Assembly: GCA_013205405.1 (NCBI GenBank)
Contig: JABMMZ010000099.1
Coordinates: 1 to 63,648 of the forward strand
Source of the DNA: Bacteroidota bacterium
GTDB taxonomy: Bacteria > Bacteroidota > Bacteroidia > NS11-12g > UBA955
Direction: 5' to 3'
Length of the DNA: 63,648 nucleotides
Shown: positions 49,815 to 59,924 of the stretch, one piece after another
Position numbering within the stretch: position 1 is the stretch's first letter
How the letters are laid out: each line of letters starts with the position of its first letter
Translations under genes and position numbers: made by a program
Notes under the pieces: model-generated
Told to the model about the DNA's origin: nothing
What the model saw: the letters and a program-made list of their open reading frames with translations, nothing else
The model's database searches: none

Positions 49815-51159
49815 TTTTGAAAGTTAAATTTTTATACAAAGATTGGTTAAAAAATCGATTAATTAACCAAATAGCGGCAAAAGTAAGTCCAAAAATAAAA
49901 GCAAACCAAATACCTTCTATTCCCCAATTAAGTTTAAAACATAGAAAATAAGCACCAGGTACCATGATAATCCAATAAGCTATAAATGCTATAATGCCAG
50001 TAGTTTTGGTATCTTTTATACCTCTCAGTATACCTGCTCCTACAGCTTGCAAGCCATCGCTTAATTGAAAGAAAGCAGCCAAATATAATAGCTTTTGTGC
50101 AATTTCAATTACCGCTACATCATCCGTATATAGAAGTGGTAAAACACTGCCTAATAAAATAAAGAAAATAGCAAAAATTATTTCAATACCTAATCCAACT
50201 ATAATGGCTGCAAAGCCTGCTTTTCTAACATTTATTTTATCTTTTGCTCCATAGTAATTGCCTACCATAATATTGCCAGCAGCTGCTACACCCGTAATAA
50301 ACATATAGGTAAGAGAGGCTAAATTAATAGCTATTTGATGCGCCCCTTGGTGGGTTTCATCTTTCCATCCGGCCATTATTAAACCTGCCGTAAAAGCACC
50401 CATTTCAAAGAAAAAAGTAAGACCTATCGGTAAGCCCGTTTTTAAAATTCGCCAATCATATTTTTCGTATTGTATTTTAAGCTTTTTAAGTTTTTCTACC
50501 AAAGGATGATACCATGCAAAAGCCAGCATTAAGATAGCCATTACAAAACGTGAGATATTAGTGGCCCAAGCTGCGCCAACAAGTCCCATTGGCTCGCATC
50601 CCCAATGGCCAAATATCATAATCCAATTTAAAAAAATATTTAAACTAACGCCAATAAAAGTAACATACATGCCAATTTGGGTTTTACCCAAACCATCCAA
50701 CATTTGTTTACCACTATTATAAAACATTATGGCAGGCACACCTAAGTTGGCAATCCACAAAAATTTAGCACCTTGGGCAGAAACAAATGGTGTTTGACCG
50801 AAAATACTAAAGTTATAATATAATAATATATTTAATAGAATAATGGCCACACTTACCCATATACTTACTCTAAGAGAGGAAAAAAAGATAGGGATACATT
50901 GCTGAGGTTTACCTTCGCCATCTGCGATAGCTGCAAAGGTGCCTACGGCATATAATAAGCCTATTCCTATCAACATTATTAAAAAAAAAATAGCATTACC
51001 AACTGCGGCCGCATCCATTACATCTGTGCCTATTCTGCCCAACATTATGGTATCTATTGCACCCATTAAAACCAAGCCTAATTGACCAATTGTAATGGGA
51101 TAAGCGAGTTTAATAGTTTGTAAAATTAAGCTTTTGTATGTTTTTAGTTTATAAATCAA
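49807..51159 (-). CDS. MATE-family efflux transporter
   Basis: LAYPI, DTIMLG, AHQIA, FQLSDGLQ, GILRG..DT; many TM helices. Confidence 0.92.
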   Translation of the reverse strand: MIYKLKTYKSLILQTIKLAYPITIGQLGLVLMGAIDTIMLGRIGTDVMDAAAVGNAIFFLIMLIGIGLLYAVGTFAAIADGEGKPQQCIPIFFSSLRVSIWVSVAIILLNILLYYNFSIFGQTPFVSAQGAKFLWIANLGVPAIMFYNSGKQMLDGLGKTQIGMYVTFIGVSLNIFLNWIMIFGHWGCEPMGLVGAAWATNISRFVMAILMLAFAWYHPLVEKLKKLKIQYEKYDWRILKTGLPIGLTFFFEMGAFTAGLIMAGWKDETHQGAHQIAINLASLTYMFITGVAAAGNIMVGNYYGAKDKINVRKAGFAAIIVGLGIEIIFAIFFILLGSVLPLLYTDDVAVIEIAQKLLYLAAFFQLSDGLQAVGAGILRGIKDTKTTGIIAFIAYWIIMVPGAYFLCFKLNWGIEGIWFAFIFGLTFAAIWLINRFFNQSLYKNLTFKND

Positions 51160-51251
51160 TGTAAAAAGGGAGTGCAAAAGTAGTCCAAAGCAAGTGTATT
51201 TTATCTTAGCTAATACTTTAACTTTGTAAAATTATAATTTAAGTAATTATT

Positions 51252-52340
51252 ATGGCTAAAATAAGACTCCCACGTTTAAGGAAAAAAACGCCAAAGTTGT
51301 CGGCAAAAGTTGGTGCTTCTAACGAATACTTGGTATACGTAGGTAAAGAAAGAAATGAAAATGTAGAAATTGGTATTATGGATTATACAGCTACTGAAAT
51401 AGAAGAAAAAGTAGTTCAACATATCTCTGAATGCGAAACCTATAAATCAAAAGATTCGGTAACTTGGATATCTGTAACAGGGGTTCATAATCCTACCATT
51501 GTTGAAGAAGTTTGTAATATGTTTGGCATTCATCCTTTAATTCAAGAAGATATTTTAAACACGCAACAAAGAACCAAAATTGAAGAATTTGAAAAGTATT
51601 TATTTATTACCTTCAAAAATTTAATAATAGATAAAGTAACAAGTGAAATAGATACAGAACAAATTAGCGTTATTTTAGGGTCCAATTTTTTAATTTCATT
51701 TCAAGAAACAAATAATCTGATTTTTGATGATATTAAAAGCAGAATAAGAACTTCTAAAGGTACTATTAGGCAGCATAAACCCGACTATTTATTATATAAA
51801 ATAATGGATGCTGCTGTAGATAATTACTTTGTAATTATTGATAGTATAGGTGAAAAAGTAGAAGATATAGAAGAAGAAACTTTGTATTACCCTACCCAAA
51901 AAACTACTTATAAAATACAGGATATTAAAAAAGATATTTTGTTATTGAATAAGCATATTTTACCAATGCGAGAGGCGTTAAATAAGCTAGAAGCTGATGT
52001 TACAACTTTAATTGAAAAAAAGACTTTAAATTATTTCAGAGACGTTTATGATCATACTTATCAGGCTTATGACACAGTAGAAAATTACCGTGGTTTATTG
52101 AGCGATTTAATGAATATTTACTTTAGTACTATGAGTAATAAATTGAATCAAGTAATGAAAGTGCTAACCTTTATAAGCACTATTTTTATGCCTTTAAGCT
52201 TTTTAGCAGGTGTTTATGGTATGAATTTTAAGTATTTTCCTGGTATGAATTACCCTTATGCTTACCATATTTTTTGGGTGGTTACACTAGCAGTAGTTAT
52301 AGGAATGGTTATATTTTTCAGAAGGAAAAAGTGGTTCTAA
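51252..52340 (+). CDS. corA: Magnesium/cobalt transporter CorA
   Basis: HPL..EDI, QR.K.E, YGMNF..P signature, RRKKW. Confidence 0.95.
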   Translation: MAKIRLPRLRKKTPKLSAKVGASNEYLVYVGKERNENVEIGIMDYTATEIEEKVVQHISECETYKSKDSVTWISVTGVHNPTIVEEVCNMFGIHPLIQEDILNTQQRTKIEEFEKYLFITFKNLIIDKVTSEIDTEQISVILGSNFLISFQETNNLIFDDIKSRIRTSKGTIRQHKPDYLLYKIMDAAVDNYFVIIDSIGEKVEDIEEETLYYPTQKTTYKIQDIKKDILLLNKHILPMREALNKLEADVTTLIEKKTLNYFRDVYDHTYQAYDTVENYRGLLSDLMNIYFSTMSNKLNQVMKVLTFISTIFMPLSFLAGVYGMNFKYFPGMNYPYAYHIFWVVTLAVVIGMVIFFRRKKWF

Positions 52341-52419
52341 ATTTTATCGAATAAAATCAGTTTTAATCTTTAAGTAAAACTATTTTAGAGGCTAAGGTGT
52401 TAAATTTGAATAAAATTTT

Positions 52420-54777
52420 ATGAAATCAGTTTCTTTTTCAATTCTATTTTTTGTTTTTCTATTTAATTTTAATGCACAATCCAATGTAACTCTCAGCGGC
52501 TATGTAAAAGATACAGCTAATGGAGAAATGGTGAATGGATGTAATATTTCTGCAGATGGCGTAAAATTCTCAACGCAAGCTAATAGTTATGGTTTTTATT
52601 CTATTACTTTACCTGCAGGTAAATATGTTTTTAAATTTTCATACAATGGATATGACACCAAAAATTTAACTTTAGATTTAAAAGAAACCAAAAATCTAAA
52701 TATTGAACTTACGCAAACAGCAGCAATATCTACCGGCTCGGCTAAGGTAACAAAAAAGAAAGATAACGCTGTAGAAAAAGTGGATATGAGTGTTAACAAT
52801 TTAAGTATTGGTCAAATCAAAAAAATTCCTGCATTATTTGGTGAAGTAGATATTGTACGTTCAATACAATTATTACCTGGCGTTACTACAGTGGGCGAAG
52901 GTGCTTCTGGTTTTAATGTAAGAGGAGGCAATATTGATCAAAATTTAATATTGTTAGATGAAGCACCCGTCTTTAATTCATCTCATTTGTTTGGTTTCTT
53001 CTCGGTGTTTAATCCAGATGCTGTAAAAGATGTAAAGTTAATAAAAGGAGGAATTCCTGCTATTTATGGCGGACGTTTATCATCTGTTTTAGATGTAAGA
53101 ATGAAAGATGGTAACAATAAAAAATTTGAAGTAAATGGTGGCATCGGTTTAATATTCAGTCGTTTGTCAATAGAAGGACCTATAAAAAAAAATAAAGCAT
53201 CTTTTGTGTTTGCTATTAGACGCTCGTATGTGGACGCCTTGGTAAAACCATTTGTCCAAAAAAATCCAGATTTAAAAGAAGCCATATTTTATTTTTATGA
53301 TTTAACGGGAAAGGTAAATTATAATATTAATAAAAATAATAAAGTATTTATATCCAGCTATATTGGCAGAGATGTTTTTGGAGCGCCTGGTGCCAAGTTT
53401 GATTGGGGAAATACCACTTTAACTGGCCGATGGAATCATATTTTCAACAAGAAATTATTTCTAAATACAACTTTATATTACAGTAATTTTAGTTATGGCT
53501 TAGGATTTAAAAATAACTCTGCTTCATTCGATTGGAATTCTACTATTCGCAATACCAGCTTAAAAACAGATTTTTCATATTTTATAAATACCAAAAATAC
53601 ATTAAATTTTGGAGTTGTAAGTACTTATTACATATTTAAACCAGGCAACGCTACTTCCAAAGACAATGGTGTATCTGTAAACTTCAGTTTACCAGAAAAA
53701 TTTTCTTTAGAAACTGCCATTTATGCTGAAAATGAACAAAAGCTATTGAAAAAATTAACCATACGTTATGGCGCTCGTTTTTCTAATTTTGAGTATATTG
53801 GAAAGGGCACTGAATATATTTTAGAAGATAATCCAATACCAGGACAGCCAAAAGTAATAAAAGAAAGAAAGAAATATAATAAAGGCGAGGTTATCAAAAC
53901 TTACAATAATTTAGAGCCAAGATTTTCAGCTAATTATTTATTTAGTAAAAATGCTTCTATAAAATTAGGATATAATAGAATGGCTCAGTATCTGCATTTA
54001 ATATCCAATACTGCGGCAAGTGTTCCTTTAGATGTATGGACACCAAGTACTAATAATATCAAACCTCAATTAGCTGATCAAATAGCTTTAGGTTATTTTA
54101 AAAACTTTGGTAAAACAATGGATTATGAAACGAGTATTGAAGGATTTTATAAAGAGATGGGAAACCAAATTGATTACATAGATGGAGCTGATTTATTGCT
54201 GAATACCGAATTAGAAACACAGCTTTTAAAGGGTAAAGGAAGAGCTTTTGGATTAGAATTGTATTTGAAGAAAAACGTAGGTAAATTGAATGGATGGGTG
54301 AGCTATACACTATCTAAATCTGAAAGAAAAGTTGTTGGAATTAATCAAAATAGCTGGTATGCTAACCGTTTTGATAGACGACATAATTTAAATATCATAG
54401 CCACATATTCTATTTCAGATAGATTAAGTGTTTCAGGAAATTTTGTATTTGCAAGTGGAACTCCTATTACCTTGCCAAGCACCAAATACTCTGTTGGTGG
54501 ATTGCAAAATGTACCACAAAATCCAAATGATAAAAGAAATAATGTGCGCATACCTGATTATCATAGATTAGATTTCAGTGCTACATTAAAAGGTAAAAAG
54601 AAACCAAGATGGGAAGGAGAATGGGTGTTTAGTATTTATAATGCTTATGCCCGTAAAAATGCGTTTTCTATATACGCTACACCTAATTTCAAAAATAATA
54701 ATACACCAACAATAGTGCGTTACTCTGTCATAGGCACTGTGGTTCCTGCTATTTCTTACAATTTCAAATTTAAATAA
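52420..54777 (+). CDS. TonB-dependent receptor
   Basis: Carboxypeptidase-regulatory-like N-domain, plug LLPGV..VRGG..DQN, C-terminal SYNFKF. Confidence 0.93.
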   Translation: MKSVSFSILFFVFLFNFNAQSNVTLSGYVKDTANGEMVNGCNISADGVKFSTQANSYGFYSITLPAGKYVFKFSYNGYDTKNLTLDLKETKNLNIELTQTAAISTGSAKVTKKKDNAVEKVDMSVNNLSIGQIKKIPALFGEVDIVRSIQLLPGVTTVGEGASGFNVRGGNIDQNLILLDEAPVFNSSHLFGFFSVFNPDAVKDVKLIKGGIPAIYGGRLSSVLDVRMKDGNNKKFEVNGGIGLIFSRLSIEGPIKKNKASFVFAIRRSYVDALVKPFVQKNPDLKEAIFYFYDLTGKVNYNINKNNKVFISSYIGRDVFGAPGAKFDWGNTTLTGRWNHIFNKKLFLNTTLYYSNFSYGLGFKNNSASFDWNSTIRNTSLKTDFSYFINTKNTLNFGVVSTYYIFKPGNATSKDNGVSVNFSLPEKFSLETAIYAENEQKLLKKLTIRYGARFSNFEYIGKGTEYILEDNPIPGQPKVIKERKKYNKGEVIKTYNNLEPRFSANYLFSKNASIKLGYNRMAQYLHLISNTAASVPLDVWTPSTNNIKPQLADQIALGYFKNFGKTMDYETSIEGFYKEMGNQIDYIDGADLLLNTELETQLLKGKGRAFGLELYLKKNVGKLNGWVSYTLSKSERKVVGINQNSWYANRFDRRHNLNIIATYSISDRLSVSGNFVFASGTPITLPSTKYSVGGLQNVPQNPNDKRNNVRIPDYHRLDFSATLKGKKKPRWEGEWVFSIYNAYARKNAFSIYATPNFKNNNTPTIVRYSVIGTVVPAISYNFKFK

Positions 54778-54784
54778 TACTTAC

Positions 54785-55645
54785 ATGTTTAACAGTATAA
54801 AATATTTTTCACTAACCCTAATAATTAGTACTCTTTTTTTATTGAGCAGTTGCGAGCGCGCTATCGATTTCGATTTGGGTTCTGCAGAGTCGCAATTAGT
54901 AGTAGATGCCTTTTTAAATAATACTAGCGATAGCCAATTTATATTTATAAGCAAAAGTATCCCATATTTAGATAAAAATGGCCCTTCTGGATATGAAGTA
55001 GATTCTATCATTGTGGTGGATCAAACTACATTAAAACCATACAGGTTCAAAAAATTAAGACATGGCACCTATTTTTATGTTCCCAATAATGATAGTTTAA
55101 CTTTAGGACATCAATTTTATTTAGCTGTTTTTGATAAAGCTAAAACCTATGTTTCTTCATCTAAAATGGGACGAGTAGGTACAATAGACTCATTGATTTA
55201 TGAACGGGAAAGCCCTAATAATCCCAAAAATCTAAATTTTAATGCAGAGTTTATTGGTAAAGACCCTGTTGGAGTAGGTGATTTAGTTTGGATAAGAGAA
55301 TACAAAAACGATACCTTAGTAAAAGACTTTAATGTGGCTTATGATAATGCCTTTACGCCAAATGATGATCGTAATGGAGATGGTGAATTATATATTGTGC
55401 CATTAAGAACCTTTAGAGGGTATACCTTTGGAGATAAAATTACAATAGAAATCTATTCAATATCGCCAGAGTGCTATTATTATTTAAAACAAATAGATGT
55501 TCAATTAAATAATACAGCTGGCTTATTTGCTCAGCCTGTTGCGAATTTAAATGGGAATGTGTTCGATGCCAATAACTCTAAAAATAAAATACTTGGTTTC
55601 TTTAATGTAGGCGCAAGTATAAAAAAGAGTGGTATAGTAAAGTAA
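54785..55645 (+). CDS. DUF4249-family lipoprotein
   Basis: LSSCE..ID, LVVDA, C-terminal P..L.GN...LGFF; follows the TBDR. Confidence 0.85.
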   Translation: MFNSIKYFSLTLIISTLFLLSSCERAIDFDLGSAESQLVVDAFLNNTSDSQFIFISKSIPYLDKNGPSGYEVDSIIVVDQTTLKPYRFKKLRHGTYFYVPNNDSLTLGHQFYLAVFDKAKTYVSSSKMGRVGTIDSLIYERESPNNPKNLNFNAEFIGKDPVGVGDLVWIREYKNDTLVKDFNVAYDNAFTPNDDRNGDGELYIVPLRTFRGYTFGDKITIEIYSISPECYYYLKQIDVQLNNTAGLFAQPVANLNGNVFDANNSKNKILGFFNVGASIKKSGIVK

Positions 55646-55653
55646 TTTTATTT

Positions 55654-56136
55654 TTATCCTTTTTCAATTAAAGTATCTAGCACCATACTTGCAGCAGGAC
55701 AAACGCCTGTATTCGTTAATGTTAAAGCCTTTCTTTTTATAAAAACATCCTCGTTTGTATAAGGAAAACGGGCGCAATCACTTGGTCTTACCTCATAGAT
55801 TTGGCATGTATTATCAGTATTTAAAAAGGAACAAGGTTGGGTTATCATTACCCAATCATTCTCTTCATCTAGTTTTAAGTATTTTTCAATAAAATCAGAT
55901 TCTTTTAAGCCTAGATGATTACTAATTCGTTTGATGTCTGTAGCTTTAAAAGTTGGACTATGATTTTTGCAACAATTAGCACAATCAAGACAGTTTATTT
56001 TACTAAATACATCAATGTGAATAGCTGGTAATTGCTTTATAACCTTTGCTTCTTTGGCAAATTCTAAGTAACGCTTATAAACTTTTTTCTTTTCCTTAGC
56101 CTTTTGTTTCCATTTATTATCGGTGCTCCAATCCAT
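55654..56136 (-). CDS. YkgJ-family CxxCxxCC cysteine-cluster protein
   Basis: CLDCANCCK, PC.FL, C.IYE.RP.DCARFP. Confidence 0.9.
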   Translation of the reverse strand: MDWSTDNKWKQKAKEKKKVYKRYLEFAKEAKVIKQLPAIHIDVFSKINCLDCANCCKNHSPTFKATDIKRISNHLGLKESDFIEKYLKLDEENDWVMITQPCSFLNTDNTCQIYEVRPSDCARFPYTNEDVFIKRKALTLTNTGVCPAASMVLDTLIEKG

Positions 56137-56211
56137 GGTTCAAAAATAGTAAAATTTAAGAGTAGCTAATTCATTATTATACTAAAGTTAAAAAGATTGT
56201 ATCTTTGCATT

Positions 56212-57750
56212 ATGCAAAAAATAGCACCAATATTAAAACAATTAGGCATTAAACCAATTAATGAAAGTGTATGCAGCGGTCAAAATTGGATAAGTGCCAT
56301 AGGGAGTTTAAAAAAAGATATTATATCACCCGTGGATGGTGAAAAAATAGCTTCATTTATATATGCATCAGAAACGGAATACGAAGCAGTAATGAAGCGA
56401 GCCAGCGATGCTGCTTTATATTGGAAAAATATACCTGCGCCAAAGAGAGGTGAAATAGTACGTCAATACGGTAATGTGTTAAGGGAAAATAAAGAGTCAT
56501 TAGGTACATTAGTGAGTTATGAAATGGGCAAAAGCTTGCAAGAAGGGTTCGGAGAAGTGCAGGAAATGATAGATATCTGTGATTTTGCTGTTGGACTAAG
56601 CCGTCAATTATACGGGCTTACTATGCATAGTGAGCGTCCCAATCATAGAATGTATGAACAATGGCATCCATTGGGAATAGTTGGTATTATTTCAGCATTT
56701 AATTTTCCGGTAGCTGTATGGGCTTGGAATAGCATGATAGCGGCAGTTTGTGGCAATGTAAGCATATGGAAGCCTTCAGAAAAAACGCCTTTGTCAGCCA
56801 TTGCGTGTATGAATCTTTTAAAGTCTGTGTTATCAGATAATAAAATTCCAGAAGGTATATTTACATTGGTAAATGGTGATTCTAAAGTGGGAGAAATGAT
56901 GACTTCCGATACGCGAATTCAATTAATTTCTGCAACAGGTAGCACACGTATGGGTAAAGCTATTGGAAAAATAGTAGCCAATAGGTTTGGTAAAAGTTTA
57001 TTAGAACTTGGAGGCAATAATGCACTTATTGTATCTCAACATGCAGATTTAAATATGGCATTACGCGCAATACTATTTGGTGCTGTAGGTACTGCAGGCC
57101 AAAGATGTACAACTACACGTAGACTTATTGTACAAGAAAGTGTTTACGATGAGTTGATGAAGAAATTATTAAAAGCCTATAAACAATTGAGTATCGGCAA
57201 TCCTTTGGATAGCAATAATCATGTTGGTCCTTTGATTGATAAAGATGCTGTAAGTGCATTCGAAAATGCTATAGAGCAAGTTAAAAAAGAAGGTGGTAAA
57301 GTAATATTTGGCGGTAAGGTATTAAAAGGATCCGGTTATGAAAGCAATTGCTACGTTCAACCAGCCATTATAGAAGCTAGAAATACCTATAAGATAGTTC
57401 AACATGAAACATTTGCTCCCATTTTGTATGTAATGAAATATAATACCATAGATGAAGCAATAGCTATGCAAAATGATGTGAAACAAGGTTTAAGTTCAGC
57501 TTTGTTCTCAAATAATATTCGTGAGACAGAATATTTTCTTTCAGCAGGAGGAAGTGATTGCGGCATTGCAAATATAAATATTGGTACAAGTGGTGCCGAA
57601 ATTGGGGGTGCATTTGGAGGCGAAAAGGAAACAGGTGGAGGCAGAGAAAGTGGAAGTGATAGTTGGAAAGCCTATATGCGAAGACAAACCAATACCATTA
57701 ATTATTCTAATACTTTGCCATTAGCACAGGGTATTAAGTTTGATGTATAA
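56212..57750 (+). CDS. Aldehyde dehydrogenase family 7 (piperideine-6-carboxylate dehydrogenase-like)
   Basis: GEVQEMIDICDFAVGLSRQL, SAFNFP, ELGGNN, GQRCTT, GRESGSD.WK.Y. Confidence 0.9.
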   Translation: MQKIAPILKQLGIKPINESVCSGQNWISAIGSLKKDIISPVDGEKIASFIYASETEYEAVMKRASDAALYWKNIPAPKRGEIVRQYGNVLRENKESLGTLVSYEMGKSLQEGFGEVQEMIDICDFAVGLSRQLYGLTMHSERPNHRMYEQWHPLGIVGIISAFNFPVAVWAWNSMIAAVCGNVSIWKPSEKTPLSAIACMNLLKSVLSDNKIPEGIFTLVNGDSKVGEMMTSDTRIQLISATGSTRMGKAIGKIVANRFGKSLLELGGNNALIVSQHADLNMALRAILFGAVGTAGQRCTTTRRLIVQESVYDELMKKLLKAYKQLSIGNPLDSNNHVGPLIDKDAVSAFENAIEQVKKEGGKVIFGGKVLKGSGYESNCYVQPAIIEARNTYKIVQHETFAPILYVMKYNTIDEAIAMQNDVKQGLSSALFSNNIRETEYFLSAGGSDCGIANINIGTSGAEIGGAFGGEKETGGGRESGSDSWKAYMRRQTNTINYSNTLPLAQGIKFDV

Positions 57751-58167
57751 TTTTGAAAGTAAATAAATTTTTAAAGTGGTTTATATGCTTGCAATATTCT
57801 ATTCATAATATACCAAATTAGCCGTAATTTTTAGTCTATCTAAAGTACAAGTAATACCATAATTTCTATCAGAATAAGTTCCATTGGCAAATGGTTGGGT
57901 TAATAAGGAAGCAAATGCAACATTTGAAGGTATAAAAATAATAATATTTTTATACTTTACACTTCATTGATAATTTATGAATATAGATTAGAAGTATAAT
58001 TTTTTCAAATGTTTTTTGTTATTTTTAATAAAAACATTAATATTGCAATATCAAAAAGTACTTTTAATGCATGTGCATCTTTTTTGGTAAACCCCACACA
58101 AGCAATATTTTATTTGAATTCCTAAAGCTTTCAACATAGTATTTAACTAGTATTTATTAAAAAAATT

Positions 58168-59922
58168 ATGGAGCAAAATCCACTTTACAGTAAGCCAATA
58201 GAAGAGCTTAGAATTATAGCAAAGGCTATAGGCATAAAAAATGCAGAGAATATTGAAAAAGACGATATCATATCTCAAATACTAGCGTTAGAAAATGCTG
58301 TAGAAATACCTGACAATGATAAAACATTATTAGAAAAGGTAAAAAAACCAAGAATTAAGAAAGAAAAATTGGTAGAACAACCCTTAATATCTAACTCTCA
58401 ACAACCATCAAAACTTATAAAAAAGTTAAAACCCATTATTGAAAGCGATGAAAGTATTCAAGATGAAATTGCTGCTTTTGAACATCCAATTGTAGAGGTT
58501 GTTTTGGATTCAGAACCAATGGAGTTAGAACCAATATTGGAAGAACTAAACGAGGTAGATTTACAAAATAATAAAGAGGAAATTGTTTCTCCTGCTGAAG
58601 AACAAGCAGAAAAAATATTTAATCAAAAAAGTAATAATAATTTAGAAAACCCTAATAACGAAAGTATTGACCTAAGTCATTCTGAACTTAATAGACTTAA
58701 ACAAATAGAAGAGAATAAATTAAGGCAAGCAGAGCGTGATGCTCAAGATAAGGAAAGACTAGAAAAGGAAGCTGCTAAACGCGAAAGAATTCAAATATTA
58801 ATGGATTTGGAAAGCGTTGTAACTACACAAGGTGTTTTAGAGATAGTGCCAGATGGTTTTGGTTTTCTTCGTTCATCCGATTATAATTACCAAGCATCAC
58901 CTGATGATGTTTACCTTGCTTCTAATCAAATTCGCTCTAATGGTCTTAAAACTGGAGATACTATTTTAGGAAGTATTAGACCACCAAAAGAGGGTGAAAA
59001 ATATTTTGCATTAGTAAAAATTGAAAGAATTAATGGTAAGACCTTAGAGGAAATAAGAGATAGGGTAAGTTTTGAGCATTTAACACCTTTATTTCCAGAT
59101 TCTAAATTAAATTTAGTAGATAAAAATGATAATTATGGGAATAGAATAATTGATTTAGTATCGCCTATTGGTAAGGGTCAACGTGGTTTAATAGTAGCTC
59201 AACCAAAAACTGGAAAAACTCAATTATTGAAAAGTTTAGCAAATGCAATTGCAACAAACCATCCAGAAGTTTACTTAATAATACTTTTAATAGATGAGCG
59301 ACCAGAAGAGGTAACAGATATGGCAAGAAGTGTAAAAGCGGAAGTGGTTGCGAGTACTTTTGACGAGCCAGCCGACAAACACGTAAAATTAGCTAATATA
59401 GTGTTGGAAAAAGCTAAAAGATTAACAGAAAGTGGGCATGATGTGGTTATATTATTAGATAGTATTACCCGTTTGGCAAGAGCCTATAATACCGTACAAC
59501 CGGCATCAGGAAAAATATTATCTGGTGGAGTAGATGCTAACGCTTTGCAAAAGCCAAAAAGATTTTTTGGAGCTGCTAGAAATATAGAAAACGGAGGTTC
59601 TTTGACTATTATCGCTACTGCTCTTACAGAAACTGGAAGTAAAATGGATGAAGTAATTTTTGAAGAATTTAAAGGTACCGGTAATATGGAATTACAATTG
59701 GATAGAAAATTGAGCAATAAACGTATTTATCCTGCAATTGATATTGTGGCAAGTAGCACACGTAGAGAAGATATGTTGTTAGACAAAGGTACTTTGCAAA
59801 AAATGTGGGTATTAAGAAATCATTTAGCAGATATGAATAGCGAAGAGGCCATGAAAATGATGCTTAAATACATGGAAGGCACTCAAAATAACAATGAGTT
59901 TCTTGTAAGTATGAATGGGTAA
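58168..59922 (+). CDS. rho: Transcription termination factor Rho with long N-terminal insertion
   Basis: [42 protein letters not shown]. Confidence 0.97.
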   Translation: MEQNPLYSKPIEELRIIAKAIGIKNAENIEKDDIISQILALENAVEIPDNDKTLLEKVKKPRIKKEKLVEQPLISNSQQPSKLIKKLKPIIESDESIQDEIAAFEHPIVEVVLDSEPMELEPILEELNEVDLQNNKEEIVSPAEEQAEKIFNQKSNNNLENPNNESIDLSHSELNRLKQIEENKLRQAERDAQDKERLEKEAAKRERIQILMDLESVVTTQGVLEIVPDGFGFLRSSDYNYQASPDDVYLASNQIRSNGLKTGDTILGSIRPPKEGEKYFALVKIERINGKTLEEIRDRVSFEHLTPLFPDSKLNLVDKNDNYGNRIIDLVSPIGKGQRGLIVAQPKTGKTQLLKSLANAIATNHPEVYLIILLIDERPEEVTDMARSVKAEVVASTFDEPADKHVKLANIVLEKAKRLTESGHDVVILLDSITRLARAYNTVQPASGKILSGGVDANALQKPKRFFGAARNIENGGSLTIIATALTETGSKMDEVIFEEFKGTGNMELQLDRKLSNKRIYPAIDIVASSTRREDMLLDKGTLQKMWVLRNHLADMNSEEAMKMMLKYMEGTQNNNEFLVSMNG

Positions 59923-59924
59923 AA

